NCBI GenBank assembly: GCA_946965045.2
Contig: OX337241.1
Coordinates: 992,001-1,056,000 of the forward strand
Origin: Epithemia pelagica
Taxonomy: Eukaryota > Protista > Bacillariophyta
DNA length: 64,000 nucleotides
Direction of reading: 5' to 3'
Shown here: positions 1 to 10,900 of the stretch, piece after piece
How the letters are laid out: every line of letters starts with the position of its first letter
Position numbering within the stretch: position 1 is the stretch's first letter
Program-made: the position numbers and the translations under genes
Notes under the pieces: model-generated
What the model was told of the DNA's origin: nothing
Databases searched by the model: none
Seen by the model: the letters and a program-made list of their open reading frames with translations, nothing else

Positions 1-2
1 TC

Positions 3-1025
3 ATGGAAGATGTCGTTCAAGCTGTTGTCTCTTCGTCTCCCTCCGTGCTGGAAACTGACCATGACAGCATAGAACCACAACAAGTGATAGCAACAGTGCA
101 ACCACGACCCTCTCGGATTCTAATGGGGGTATTCACCACCATTCAGGATCCACTCCTTTATCGAAAGAATTATCGCCATCTCGCCACCTTGTCGCACGGT
201 GTCATGTGCAGTCTAAACGCCTTTCTCCTCGATTCCGAATCCACCGCTGCATGTCGTATTATTTATACGTTTGTGGTGGCTGGACGAGATGAGGGTCCCA
301 CAAAATATCTGGAACGAAACAAAGACGTTGCCCTTCCTCGTCCGACATTCAAGATACCGGCGAAACTTTCCGACTGGAACACGGCCCAGGATTTCACCGT
401 GTTAAATATCGTGGAGAACATGGAAGATGGAAAGTCCGAAACCTGGCTCAATTTTGCTTCTCAAGTGGTGGAAGAAACAGAAGGAATCGACTACATTGCC
501 AAGACCGATGGAGACACGTTGCTGCATGTGGACAAGTTTGTCCAATACCTTGACGCCTTCTTGCCTCCCTCCCCCTACAACTCCCACGTGATGATGGGGA
601 AAGCTGCCGTACGACACCTTTGGGAGCACAAGCAAAAGCGAAAAGCCATGTCGTTAATGAAACACCATTATGACCGCGGTTCAGGATATGGACATTTGCA
701 ACTGTACTTTCAAGGGCAGTTTTATGGCATGAGTCCCAATGTGGCAAACGAAATTGTCCAAGAGGCCAAACTCGATCGAGTTCAACAGTACAAGCAGGGC
801 TATGAGGATTCCGATATTAGTGCCATGGCGAACAATTTACCCCACAGTCTCAAGTTTCTCTTTATCAAGCCCCCGGACATGTTTTGGCGACATCCCGTCA
901 AGTTCACCCAAGAGGGAAAGACGGAATTTTTTGTGGCTTGGAGGGAAGAATTTCGCCGCCTGGCATTGTCGACCGCAACTTGGAACACCACTACCACAAC
1001 AACAACAACAACAATGTTTCGGTAA
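3..1025 (+). CDS. Glycosyltransferase, GT31/galactosyltransferase-like (probably 5'-truncated by the window edge)
   Basis: 340-aa ORF with NIVENMEDGK and DYIAKTDGDT (DxD-type motif) followed by YFQGQFYGMS and EDxDI, resembling GT31-family motifs. Confidence 0.6.
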   Translation: MEDVVQAVVSSSPSVLETDHDSIEPQQVIATVQPRPSRILMGVFTTIQDPLLYRKNYRHLATLSHGVMCSLNAFLLDSESTAACRIIYTFVVAGRDEGPTKYLERNKDVALPRPTFKIPAKLSDWNTAQDFTVLNIVENMEDGKSETWLNFASQVVEETEGIDYIAKTDGDTLLHVDKFVQYLDAFLPPSPYNSHVMMGKAAVRHLWEHKQKRKAMSLMKHHYDRGSGYGHLQLYFQGQFYGMSPNVANEIVQEAKLDRVQQYKQGYEDSDISAMANNLPHSLKFLFIKPPDMFWRHPVKFTQEGKTEFFVAWREEFRRLALSTATWNTTTTTTTTTMFR

Positions 1026-2421
1026 ACAGACTCTAAAGAGTTGCCAGGCTTTCTTGCTGTGGGGACTACGCCTTTGGAGAAAAGGCGACACTGTGCTTGG
1101 TAACGAGAGCTCACTGCAATTACAATGTATGGGAGTCCTCCGAAACCGAATGAGGAATGGAATAAAGAACCAGAGAGACTGAATTTTCGCCGCCGTGCAT
1201 TCACCGCAGCTTGGAACTTGAGCATGTTGGTACAATACTAATATGCTCCAATCGTGGTGTGATTGTGAACGACTCATTTGGAGGAGGAAAAGAAGGGACA
1301 GTATGATTGGAAATGGAGTTGCACATGCAAACTCACGCACATTTTGGTGGACTGGAGTTGTTGAAGTGACTCGTGTGGTGGTTCTAGGAAAGCCATTGTG
1401 TGGTCAATCGATTGAAACATCAAACGCCAAACATGGAACGTGTGTCATTCTTATTTGCTCTACCAAGATTGGTTGGAGGTCCCTCGAATTAATTATCTGT
1501 GGTGTTGTCATAAAACTAGAGGACTGACGATACTCGAATAGCCGAAATGACAATGCACAACAAGGAACCACAGAAAATACTAGAAAGGTCAAAACTCCAA
1601 CTTGTACTTTCTAACGAAGCATGGCATCGAACATATGTTGGATCTGTCCTACTTTTCCACTCCTTTCAGGTGAGTGTGCCTACAGGTCACGGAATCGGGT
1701 TTGCCGCATCGTCTTGCGGTTGTCATTCAGGACAATGATTGTGGACACGCGGTGTACGAGACACCAGGGGGGTGGATGGAACTGGAGGATGGTGATTGTG
1801 TGTATGAGAGAAGTTCGGTCAAAGAGAATGAGAAAGAGGCCTGTTTGCTGATGGTGTAACGATGTTGAGAAAGAGGCATTTTTCCATCGCGCATTGTTTT
1901 TGTGAATCGCAGATGGATGGATTTTGAGAGGGTGGTTGGAGTGTCGTCCGCGCGCGCGACGACCACGTTGGATGATCTATCGTGCGGGACACACATGTAT
2001 ATTGAGGCTATAGAAAATGAAACTGTAGGATAACGTTGCAATAAAATTACTTAGGAATATTTGATATGCTTCCGTGTCGGCGGGCGCGACTCAATCCAAA
2101 ACAATTTAGCGATTCTTGTGGAGCGGCAGCTCCTGCCGATCCCCATCGACCAGCAGTGCAGCAAACAATCTCGTCATCCTTCCTCTTCTGGAATTTCGTT
2201 CTTCTCAACATTCTTGTTGTGTTGTGTTGTTTGTCCTCGGATCTAGTGGAAACAACCGCCTTTGACCTGGATTGTTTGTTTGTAACGTTGGTGGAAAGGC
2301 GGCGTTTTCGGAATACGACGCGCGTTGGATTGAATTCGATCTCGACGCTGCTGACGAACGCCCACCCTCAATCTACAATACGACACCAGGTAATTCAAAT
2401 AATAACCAAACGAGTACAATC

Positions 2422-4142
2422 ATGGCATCGCAACCAAGAATGCAACAACAACAACAACAACAACAACAAGTGGGGAATAGTTCGGGGTATGGTCAACATC
2501 GAGGGAATCCTCGCACGGCTGGAAATGACGGGTCCTGGGCGAATGCACCAGCTGGAGCAGCAGCCGCAGCATCCTCCGTAGATGGCAACAACACGTTGCC
2601 CTCCCATGCATCCTTACCACACACATCGGGAAATTATGGAATGCATCCTCCCAGTCACAATCTCAAAGCCACCATGGGAAGCAACAACAACAATACGACA
2701 AGTACGACCAACAATCCCAATACGCAAACGGGCAGTGGCAGACCGGGTGCGGGGTTGACCATTTTTCAAGGCTACGATGAATCGGCACCTCCTCCCAAAA
2801 CGAGCCGTGTCCTCTTTTGTATGGAATGTTACGATCCTCAAAAAGAATTGCTCGAATACGATTACACCAAGGCCAAATTGGCCAATGGAGATCCGCAACC
2901 CTATCCCCGCATTCGAGATCGAGGAGAATACTACATTGATACCTACAATGATCAACCCTGGTCTTGGACCTTTGGAACACACGAAAAGGTACGTTAGGAT
3001 CGTTAATTGGATGGCTCGTTGGATGCAGCGGGTAAATTTGTTTTTGTGTGTTGCAACATAATGTGTTTGTGTGCCCCTGGCCAGCGGACCTTATGTACTA
3101 ACGAACAAATACTCTTGTTGTTTGGCTCGCACTCTAGAATGGCACATGGTTCAATTCCAGTGATCAAGCCGGTTCTATCATGTCTGTCATGGTATGGGTA
3201 TTGCTGATATATTCACAAGTGACCATTACGTTGCTCACCTTGACCGAGGGCATTCCAATTTATTTGGGTATGGTGTACGCCGTCCTGGTCACTTTGGCCT
3301 TGGCGGCGCATGCCAAGACAAGTTTGACCGATCCAGGCAGTGTTCCTGTGACGGCCATTCCTTCGGAACGCCAACGCATGGTCAAGGATGCCCATTCCAT
3401 GTGTGGTCAATGTCAAACCTTTAAACCCCCCGGCAGTCATCATTGTCGCATTTGCAATCGCTGTATCAGTCGGATGGACCATCATTGTCCATGGATGAAC
3501 AATTGTGTGGGGGCGGCCAATTTGAAACACTTTTGTCTCTTTTTAATTTACACCTGGACGACGGCAGCCTTTGCCTTGTCGGTCTTTGGCTGGAATTACT
3601 TTTTTTGTGCCGACGAAGATTGTACCTTCCATCCCGTGGTCTTGCAATTGGTTCGTCTCATGACTGTTTTGGCGATTGGAGCCTTTTTGTTTACCAGTTC
3701 CATGCTCATGAATGTCTGTTATGGAGTCATGACGGGAATTGGAACCATTGATCGACTCAAAAAGAAGGCCACGAATACCATGAACCAATCCGATGAAGAA
3801 CCGATTGCCCTCATTGATGTAAGTGTGTGTGTGTGGTCTTTTCCACTCTTGTGTGATTTGACCGTAAGTCGTTCGGTCCTCTCATGTCGTTGTCGTTTCG
3901 TGGTTGTGTTGTGTTAGATTTTTGGCATTGCTCCATGGTACACGTGGCCCTTTCCGGTGGACCCCATCTTTGAAGATTACGATCGTGTCATGGGATATAC
4001 CATGCCCCAACGATTGGACCGAGAACGACAATTTTGTGAAGCCAAATTACGACCCGGTGGTACCAAACACCCCAATGAACATTTGAAACAAGATGGGTCC
4101 ATGGAATTACCCACCTGTTTGAATGAACTGCTACCGGCCTAA
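2422..4142 (+). CDS. DHHC-type palmitoyltransferase, 3 exons (2422-2988, 3138-3818, 3918-4142)
   Basis: CGQCQTFKPPGSHHCRICNRCISRMDHHCPWMNNCVG is the DHHC cysteine-rich domain. GT-AG introns 2989-3137 and 3819-3917 join the exons in frame (THEK|NGTWF; LID|IFGI). The start codon is uncertain. Confidence 0.92.
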
Positions 4143-4625
4143 TAATACCTAGAATGGCTGACACAATAATCCCATTTGCGTGAGACACAGTCTTGTTGCC
4201 GTATGGTATACAAGCTTGAAACCACGACTACTACTACTACAACAACTGCATCTGCCTTGTTCACTACCCTTAATACTTTTTTAAAACGAATGTCTTATTT
4301 GTTGTGGTAGGAACGAAGGATTCGGCCTCTCTTGTGCCAAGGGTCTTCTCCTCTACTCGAGGAGAATAAGATTCGGCAGATATACAGCGTAGAATTCTGC
4401 ATCGTTGAGAGTGTAGGTCTTGGCAAGCCCATGACGTGGTGAGAACAAAGCAGACATGATCTCATACGGTTGACTTTCAAAGAATGAGGACGACTGACTC
4501 TGGTGTTAAGTTGAGTTCGACAGCAACAGCGTTCTTGTTGCCCAGCGTAGTAGACTGACTAGGACGTTGGCCTGAAAGAAAGACATTTAGCATTTCCTGA
4601 ACCATTTTGTTTTCGTATGGTGTAC

Positions 4626-6011
4626 TTACGACAAGGAAAGCGTTGCGGCGGAGAGGGCAGAGACCCAGCTCTTGTCGTCGTCCATAACAGAGACACCATC
4701 CAACCCATCTTGTTCCAACTGTTGTACATGGATCGGTTCGGCGTCTGCCATTAATTGAAAGTCATATTCTCGAGTCCAGTTGATGGATGATTTGAAAGCT
4801 AATAGCATTGGGTCTGGAATGGCCACTTCATCTCCCAGTTGTAGCCCCGACGCTGCGCACGTGCCAAGATCAATTTTCGAAGCCAACCGTTCCCGCGGCT
4901 TGACAAACGTGGATGGTACTGGGACACCATTGTCTGGAACATGATCATTCTTGGTCACCCTTACTCCAGAGAGAAATGCCTTGAGCGAGTTTTGGTAGTT
5001 TGACCACAATTTTCTGGCGGGTCCTTCCGGACCTGGCTTATGTTTCAGTGCAAACGCAGAAGCTTTCAATGCCTGTTTCAAGATAGAATGAGCTTTTTGC
5101 AAGTCATCTGTAGTAGCGTCCAAAAGGTCCGCCGACGGCAACTGGATTTGTTGCGCCATGTGAGCAGCGGTGGTATTGGTTTCTTGGGCGGATTTTCCGT
5201 CGCTACATACTACAAGAACGGAGTACGGACTTCCATCCCAATTCTTGGCTTCCTCCATGGTCATGCAAGGTAGAATCATCACCCCACGGTTGACGTCAAA
5301 CCAGTGCTTCTGCGAAGCAAATGACACAAGGTTGAACGGACAACGCTTCAATCCGGGGAGGCCCATCGTCGTTGTCGCCTTCTTTGGTTCGTCTGGCGTC
5401 GTACAGCTCCCTCGAATGGCTCGGATGAGGCAGTCACGGTCCGTTTTCTCTTGGTAGGGCAGACCCAAGACAGCGGAAGCAACGTACAACCATGTGTCGC
5501 ACTGGAACGTCTTGTCTGTTGCGGGGCAAAGGTAGGCCTCTTCGGAAACCGTGTCGGTAACTCCCTTGGCGAGGAGAACGGGGGAGTGACCCTGGACGTG
5601 AATGTTGCTGCCAGATAGGGAGGGAGCGTGTTTCCCATGGAGAGCTGCCTTGCGTATGGCGTCATACATGGCACGAACCACGGGCGACGAAATCGACGAC
5701 AGACGTTCTGTGCGGGGGTCCCACGTTCGACAAAGAGACGTGTAATCCTGTTCCTCAAACTCTTTTACGCGTACGTGAGGGAACACCTCTTGCATGGTTG
5801 CCATGGCCACACCGCTTTGGATACTCAGCTCGGCTGATATGGACACAGCGGCCGCAAACAGTTTGTCCTTCGACAGGCGGGCAAACCGTGCTCGCAAATC
5901 CTCCGTTTCGTCGTCAACAACGGATCCTTCGTCCTGTATTCCAAGAAAGCGCCTCATTGTGCCCTTCCAGTACTCCCCTTGGCTGCTCTCTTTGCTTTCA
6001 TCGTCGGACAT
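4626..6011 (-). CDS. HNH_2-like endonuclease-fold protein (Crinkler-effector-like), possibly inactive
   Basis: Intronless ORF. EEAYLCP ... FNLVSFASQKHWFD ... PDPMLLAFK resembles the HNH_2 pattern EAAHIxP ... N ... HxxFD ... PDP. Family assigned from remembered motifs only. Confidence 0.45.
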   Translation of the reverse strand: MSDDESKESSQGEYWKGTMRRFLGIQDEGSVVDDETEDLRARFARLSKDKLFAAAVSISAELSIQSGVAMATMQEVFPHVRVKEFEEQDYTSLCRTWDPRTERLSSISSPVVRAMYDAIRKAALHGKHAPSLSGSNIHVQGHSPVLLAKGVTDTVSEEAYLCPATDKTFQCDTWLYVASAVLGLPYQEKTDRDCLIRAIRGSCTTPDEPKKATTTMGLPGLKRCPFNLVSFASQKHWFDVNRGVMILPCMTMEEAKNWDGSPYSVLVVCSDGKSAQETNTTAAHMAQQIQLPSADLLDATTDDLQKAHSILKQALKASAFALKHKPGPEGPARKLWSNYQNSLKAFLSGVRVTKNDHVPDNGVPVPSTFVKPRERLASKIDLGTCAASGLQLGDEVAIPDPMLLAFKSSINWTREYDFQLMADAEPIHVQQLEQDGLDGVSVMDDDKSWVSALSAATLSLS

Positions 6012-6319
6012 ACTATTTGGAGGTAGTGGAACTGAACGGTAAAACGCCAACCACAAACACTCGGCCTCTACGAAAGTGTTTTACCTCTGCAGTAGCGCAA
6101 ATGATTGCCGGGGAACATGAGTCGTCCGTTGGGCGCATCATCATGGTGGTACTCCTACAAAAAATTTGAGGCAAATTCGAGTTTCGAGGTGAGGTTATGA
6201 ATAGGTTATGTGTACCCTCGAATCTCGCAAATTCTTTTGGGGGCGTAAATTTTGAAAGGTGCGACCGACACTTCCGAGTCGAGCGACGAATGACCACACA
6301 ATGACCGACATGGCATGCA

Positions 6320-7658
6320 GAAACGGTCAACTGGCATTGCCCTCCGACCTAGCTCTTTACACTGATTCTCAAAGTTTGGTGGATACGGTCACGAAACGTC
6401 TGGAATAGTTAGTGGAGTACCCTTACTCAACAATGACAAGTGATTGGGATATACAGCAATCGATCTCGCACTCTATCCGTCAGTTTGATTCATGTCCCAG
6501 TGTTCAACACGTCAAGGGTCACCAGGATTGGTCTGCTTCTGTTGAAACTTTACCTCTTCCCGCACAACTGAATATTCAAGCTGATTCTCTTGTCGGTTCA
6601 TTCTCTTATCCCCACGACATCTCTAGTCAACAATGTGCTCTAATTGCTGGAAGCGCAGCGATTCTTCATGGTCCCAACGGTACGATTTCATCAAACTACC
6701 GTGCAAACTTGCGTCGACTGTCGAGCGATCCTATAATTATTGACTACATGCGAACCAAGTACAAGTGGAGTTACCAAGTGTTCCATTTGGTCGACTGGGA
6801 AATTCATAGCAGTGTTATCCGCGCCAACTTTGGTCATCGGCATTTCATTACTAAGTTCGTTCATGGATGGCTCCCTTTGGGGAAACTCACACAACATTAT
6901 GCATCACACTACCTCGCTACCTGCCCCAACTGTCCTGATTCTCTCGAAGATGTTGATCATTTCCTCCGATGCTCTTATCGGCAGAACTAGACTGGTCCTT
7001 TGTTTGATGAGATGTTCAGCTTTTGGTTGGATAAATGTTTTGATCCCACTCTACAATCCGTGCTCCATGAAGCCTTGCTGTTATGGCTTGGTGATTCCCC
7101 CATGGTGTTTCCCTCTGTGCCTGTTGCTTACCGTGTTCTCATTGCCCGTCAAGCCTCTGTTGGATGGCAACATTTATTTTTTGGACGATTTGTTCGTGAT
7201 TGGGCTTCACTTCAAGACCAGTATGTACGCGCTCGTGGTTTGAATCCCTCTAAGTTCTCTGGTTCTCGCGTGATCTCGGGCACCATTAAAATCTTGTGGC
7301 AGCACATACATGATCTGTGGTTACGACGTAATTTGGATCTTCATGGCCACGACGCTTCCACGAGAAAGCAGGCCGCTTTGCATTCTGCGCAACGGGAAAT
7401 TATCGACCTCTATCTTCTTCGACCATTGGTTTGACCTGCTGACCGTGTCATTTTCTATTCTTCCGCAGCTGAACATTTTCAACAAGAAACTCAATCATCG
7501 CAGCTCCGTGTGTGGCTTAACACATGGAAGCCTATGATTCTCTCGTCTGCAGGTGTTGGTTAGCTACCTTCATCTGCTGTTAGTCCTCGCCTTGGTAGTC
7601 TGGTTAGACTATTCTTGGCCCGGCGCGTCGGTCGACGTCTCCCTGTGGGGAGCGTGCG
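6320..7658 (+). mobile_element. 5'-truncated, degenerate non-LTR retrotransposon (LINE) 3' portion with RNase H and zinc-finger region
   Basis: LYTDSQSL, VQHVKGHQD and LNIQADSL (RNase H), then FITKFVHGWLPLG...CPNCPDSLEDVDHFLRC (zf-RVT-like). In-frame TAG stops at ~6406 and 6988-6990. The 3' end is interrupted by the element at 7659. Confidence 0.8.
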
Positions 7659-7755
7659 TACCCCCCAGCGGGGGTGGCTTTGAGAGTGTAATTTCGTGTA
7701 GCCACCCCCTTCCCTAAGAGCAAATAATAACCTATTTCTTGACGGTAGGCATATC

Positions 7756-7951
7756 TGTTAAAATATTGGAAATATCGCCTCGCGTGCTCAACGGTCACAA
7801 CGTATGCGCAGAGGAAGCGTGTGAAAACTCTCCTACGGCCCAAGTAGATGAGTTGGACTCAGGTGGCAAAAGAGATTATAAGGTTATATCTAGGGTGGAA
7901 TGGAATGGATTGATCCCGTAGGAATCGTGTGTACGTTCCCCAAAATTGTGT
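7756..7951. repeat. Rearranged 5' LTR of Copia 1 (7756-7809 direct; 7820-7951 inverted)
   Basis: 7756-7809 matches 12216-12269, and 7820-7951 is the reverse complement of 12271-12402. Confidence 0.93.
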
Positions 7952-7988
7952 CTCCCTTAGGCACGCCATAGACTGGTTGATTGTTGGT

Positions 7989-10900
7989 ATGGCACACCAA
8001 GTAGTAAAGGGGATCCTGATAATGACGGAACTCGTCACGTATATAGTGGACGACAATCCCGAAGAGGAACAGGACCCACAAGACTGGTTGTCGCGGGCAC
8101 TCCACGCCACCAACAAAGGTATAGAAAGAATAGGCGGCAGATTGCACGCCCGAATCAAGTCGAATCGGAACGGACGACCGCGCAGCATCCAACATCAACT
8201 CAACACAAGCCGAAGGCACAAAGTGAGCCTCAGAATCCTTGCAGCCGTCATCGCCATGTCAGTAGGAATGTCCAACGGAGCACGACAAGTTGGGACCTTC
8301 GACACTGACTCACGATTGGTCGGCATCGACAATCGATGCTCAGGATGCATCAGTCACAGGAGGGAAGATTTCCCAGGAGAACTGACAGAATGCAAACGAG
8401 CAATCAAGGGATTTGGAGGTGCCAGAACATACAATGTCTGGCAAGGTACCCTCCAATGGGACTGGGACGACGACCAGGGAATCCCCCATAGGATGACAAT
8501 CCCACGGTCGTATTACGTACCAGAAGGACACGTCAGGCTACTGAGCCCACAGCACTGGGCCCAAACGCGAAAGAACCAAGACAAACGAGGTGGAGCAGGT
8601 ACAACGACAACTGCCCAGCACGTCACCCTGTTTTGGAACAAGAGGGAGAACAGGAAAACTGTTCCCATCGACAGCGAACATACCAATGTCGCAACATTCG
8701 CCCTGTCAGGGGGATACGAATCGTATCACCAATACTGCAGGGAAACCAACACCGGAACAAAGGATGACGACCGGGATCCAATCACCATCGATGAACTCCG
8801 AGTCGACGCAACCGTGGTGTCCGACGACGAGGATGCATCCGATGACGAGGATAACGGCGAACCAACACAGGAGCAACAAGGTCCAAGTGATTGGCCAATG
8901 GAGGACGAACAAAACGACAACAACAAACCACGTGAGTTCGACATAAACGGCAAACAGGCCACCACATTGGACGAGCCAGCCCCAAACATCATCATAGATG
9001 AGGAAGAAAGGCTCCCAACACCAACCGCAGAGTTGCTCCAATGTCATTACGACTTCGGACACTTACCGTTCACGAAACTTCAAAGAATGGCAAGGGACGG
9101 AACCCTTCCATCACGACTCTCAAAATGCAAGGTGCCAGTCTGCTCTGCGTGTCAGTATGGAAAAGCGACCAAGCGCCCATGGCGATCGCGAAACCGACGC
9201 GACCGAGAGGCGGAACGACCACCGAGCAAACCAGGAGAGGTAGTATCAGTTGACCAAATGGAGTCACCAACTCCAGGACTGATAGCACAAATGACCGGTT
9301 TTCTAACGAAGAAGCGGTATAAGTACACCACAGTCTATGTCGACCAAGCGACGGGACTGGGATTCGTCTACCTCCAAAAGTCATCAGGCGCCGAAGAGAC
9401 GCTAGAAGGGAAACTAGCCTTCGAACGGTACGCCATGGCTAGAGGAGTAAAGATAGCTGCATACCACGCCGACAATAGCATCTTCAAGGCCAAGGCGTGG
9501 GTAGACGCATGCAATCGACAAAACCAACCACTGACTTTTGCAGGTGTGGGAGCTCATCACACCAACGGTAAGGCCAAAAGGCGGATCAGAGAGCTGCAAG
9601 ACATGGCCAGAACCATGTTGATCCACGCCAACAGGCGATGGAAGAATGCAATAACTGCGAACCTATGGCCCTACGCCATAAGACACGCAAACGACTGCCT
9701 AAATGCTGCACCAAACATGCAACAACCAAGTAAGCGCTCACCGCTACAGCTATTTAGCAATACACCGGTGAACGTGAATCGAAAGCACTGGAAACTGTTC
9801 GGTTGTCCAGTGTATGTCCTGGACGAAGCTCTCCAGGGAAACAAGCCCTACCATAAATGGAAGCATAGGGCAAGAGTGGGGATCTACTTGGGACAGTCCC
9901 CGATCCACAATAGGAACGTGGCAACGGTCCTGAACCGATTCACGGGACATGTTAGCCCGCAATTCCACGTCAAGTTCGACAAGAGCTTCGACACTCCAAG
10001 ACAAGGATTCCTGGAGTCACACTGGCAGCACAAAACACATTTCAGCGCAACACCAGAGCGCGCAAATGTACACCGAACGCCAGAGCCAGAGGGAGGCCAA
10101 ACGCCACCAAAGACTGGCAACAAAAGGGCGAGAATCCAAGAGCCAACTGAAACTCCAGCCAGCGAACCAACCCAACAACAGAATGACAATGCGCAACCAC
10201 GAAACGAAAGTCCGCCAACGATCCCAACTGAGGATGGCCAAGACCCCAGTGAGACAACCGGGACGCCGAACACAACGGGGGAGGGCTCGACTAGTCGACA
10301 ACAGAGAAGACGAACAACAAGTGAGCGGCGAGGACAGAGGGAGCAGGGCGGTAGCACTCCCACAGAACCATCACCATCACAAAAGACACGGTTCGGCAGG
10401 ATAATAAGACCTGTACAACGGCTGATTGAAATAATGACGACTGAAATAGTCGCAAACACAACATACAGCGAGCAGGCTGTAGAAGGTGAATTGTTTTGTC
10501 TCGAGACCATGTTCCCACATGATCCACCAGCATCACCCAACGACTCATTGCTTGCATACAAAGCAGCGGCATCGGATCCTGATACCATGTATCACCATCA
10601 AGCGATGAAGGAACCAGACGCAGAGCAATTCATGAACGGGATGCAACAGGAAATGGACAGACAATTCACGGATGGAAACTTCTCTATCATCCACCGAAGC
10701 CAAATCCCAAAAGGGGAAAAGATTTTCCCAGGAGTATGGCAGATGAGGAGAAAGAGGGACATCAAAACCCGAGAAATAAAGAAACACAAAGCACGACTCA
10801 ACTTTGATGGGTCGCGCATGGAAAAGGGAATCCATTACGACCAGACCTATGCACCCGTCGCCTCATGGGCATCAATACGGCTCATCCTTGCCTTGGTCGC

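Noticed and set aside
1243-1859. Small ORFs between the glycosyltransferase and DHHC genes (also 14784-15129, 52614-52985, 55675-55959)
   Set aside because: Short, with no recognisable motifs or convincing splice models.
7670-7709. Hairpin with GAAA/TTTCG-like motifs considered as a hammerhead or HDV ribozyme at the LINE end
   Set aside because: No CUGAnGA core or HDV pseudoknot on either strand; it is better explained as part of a TIR.
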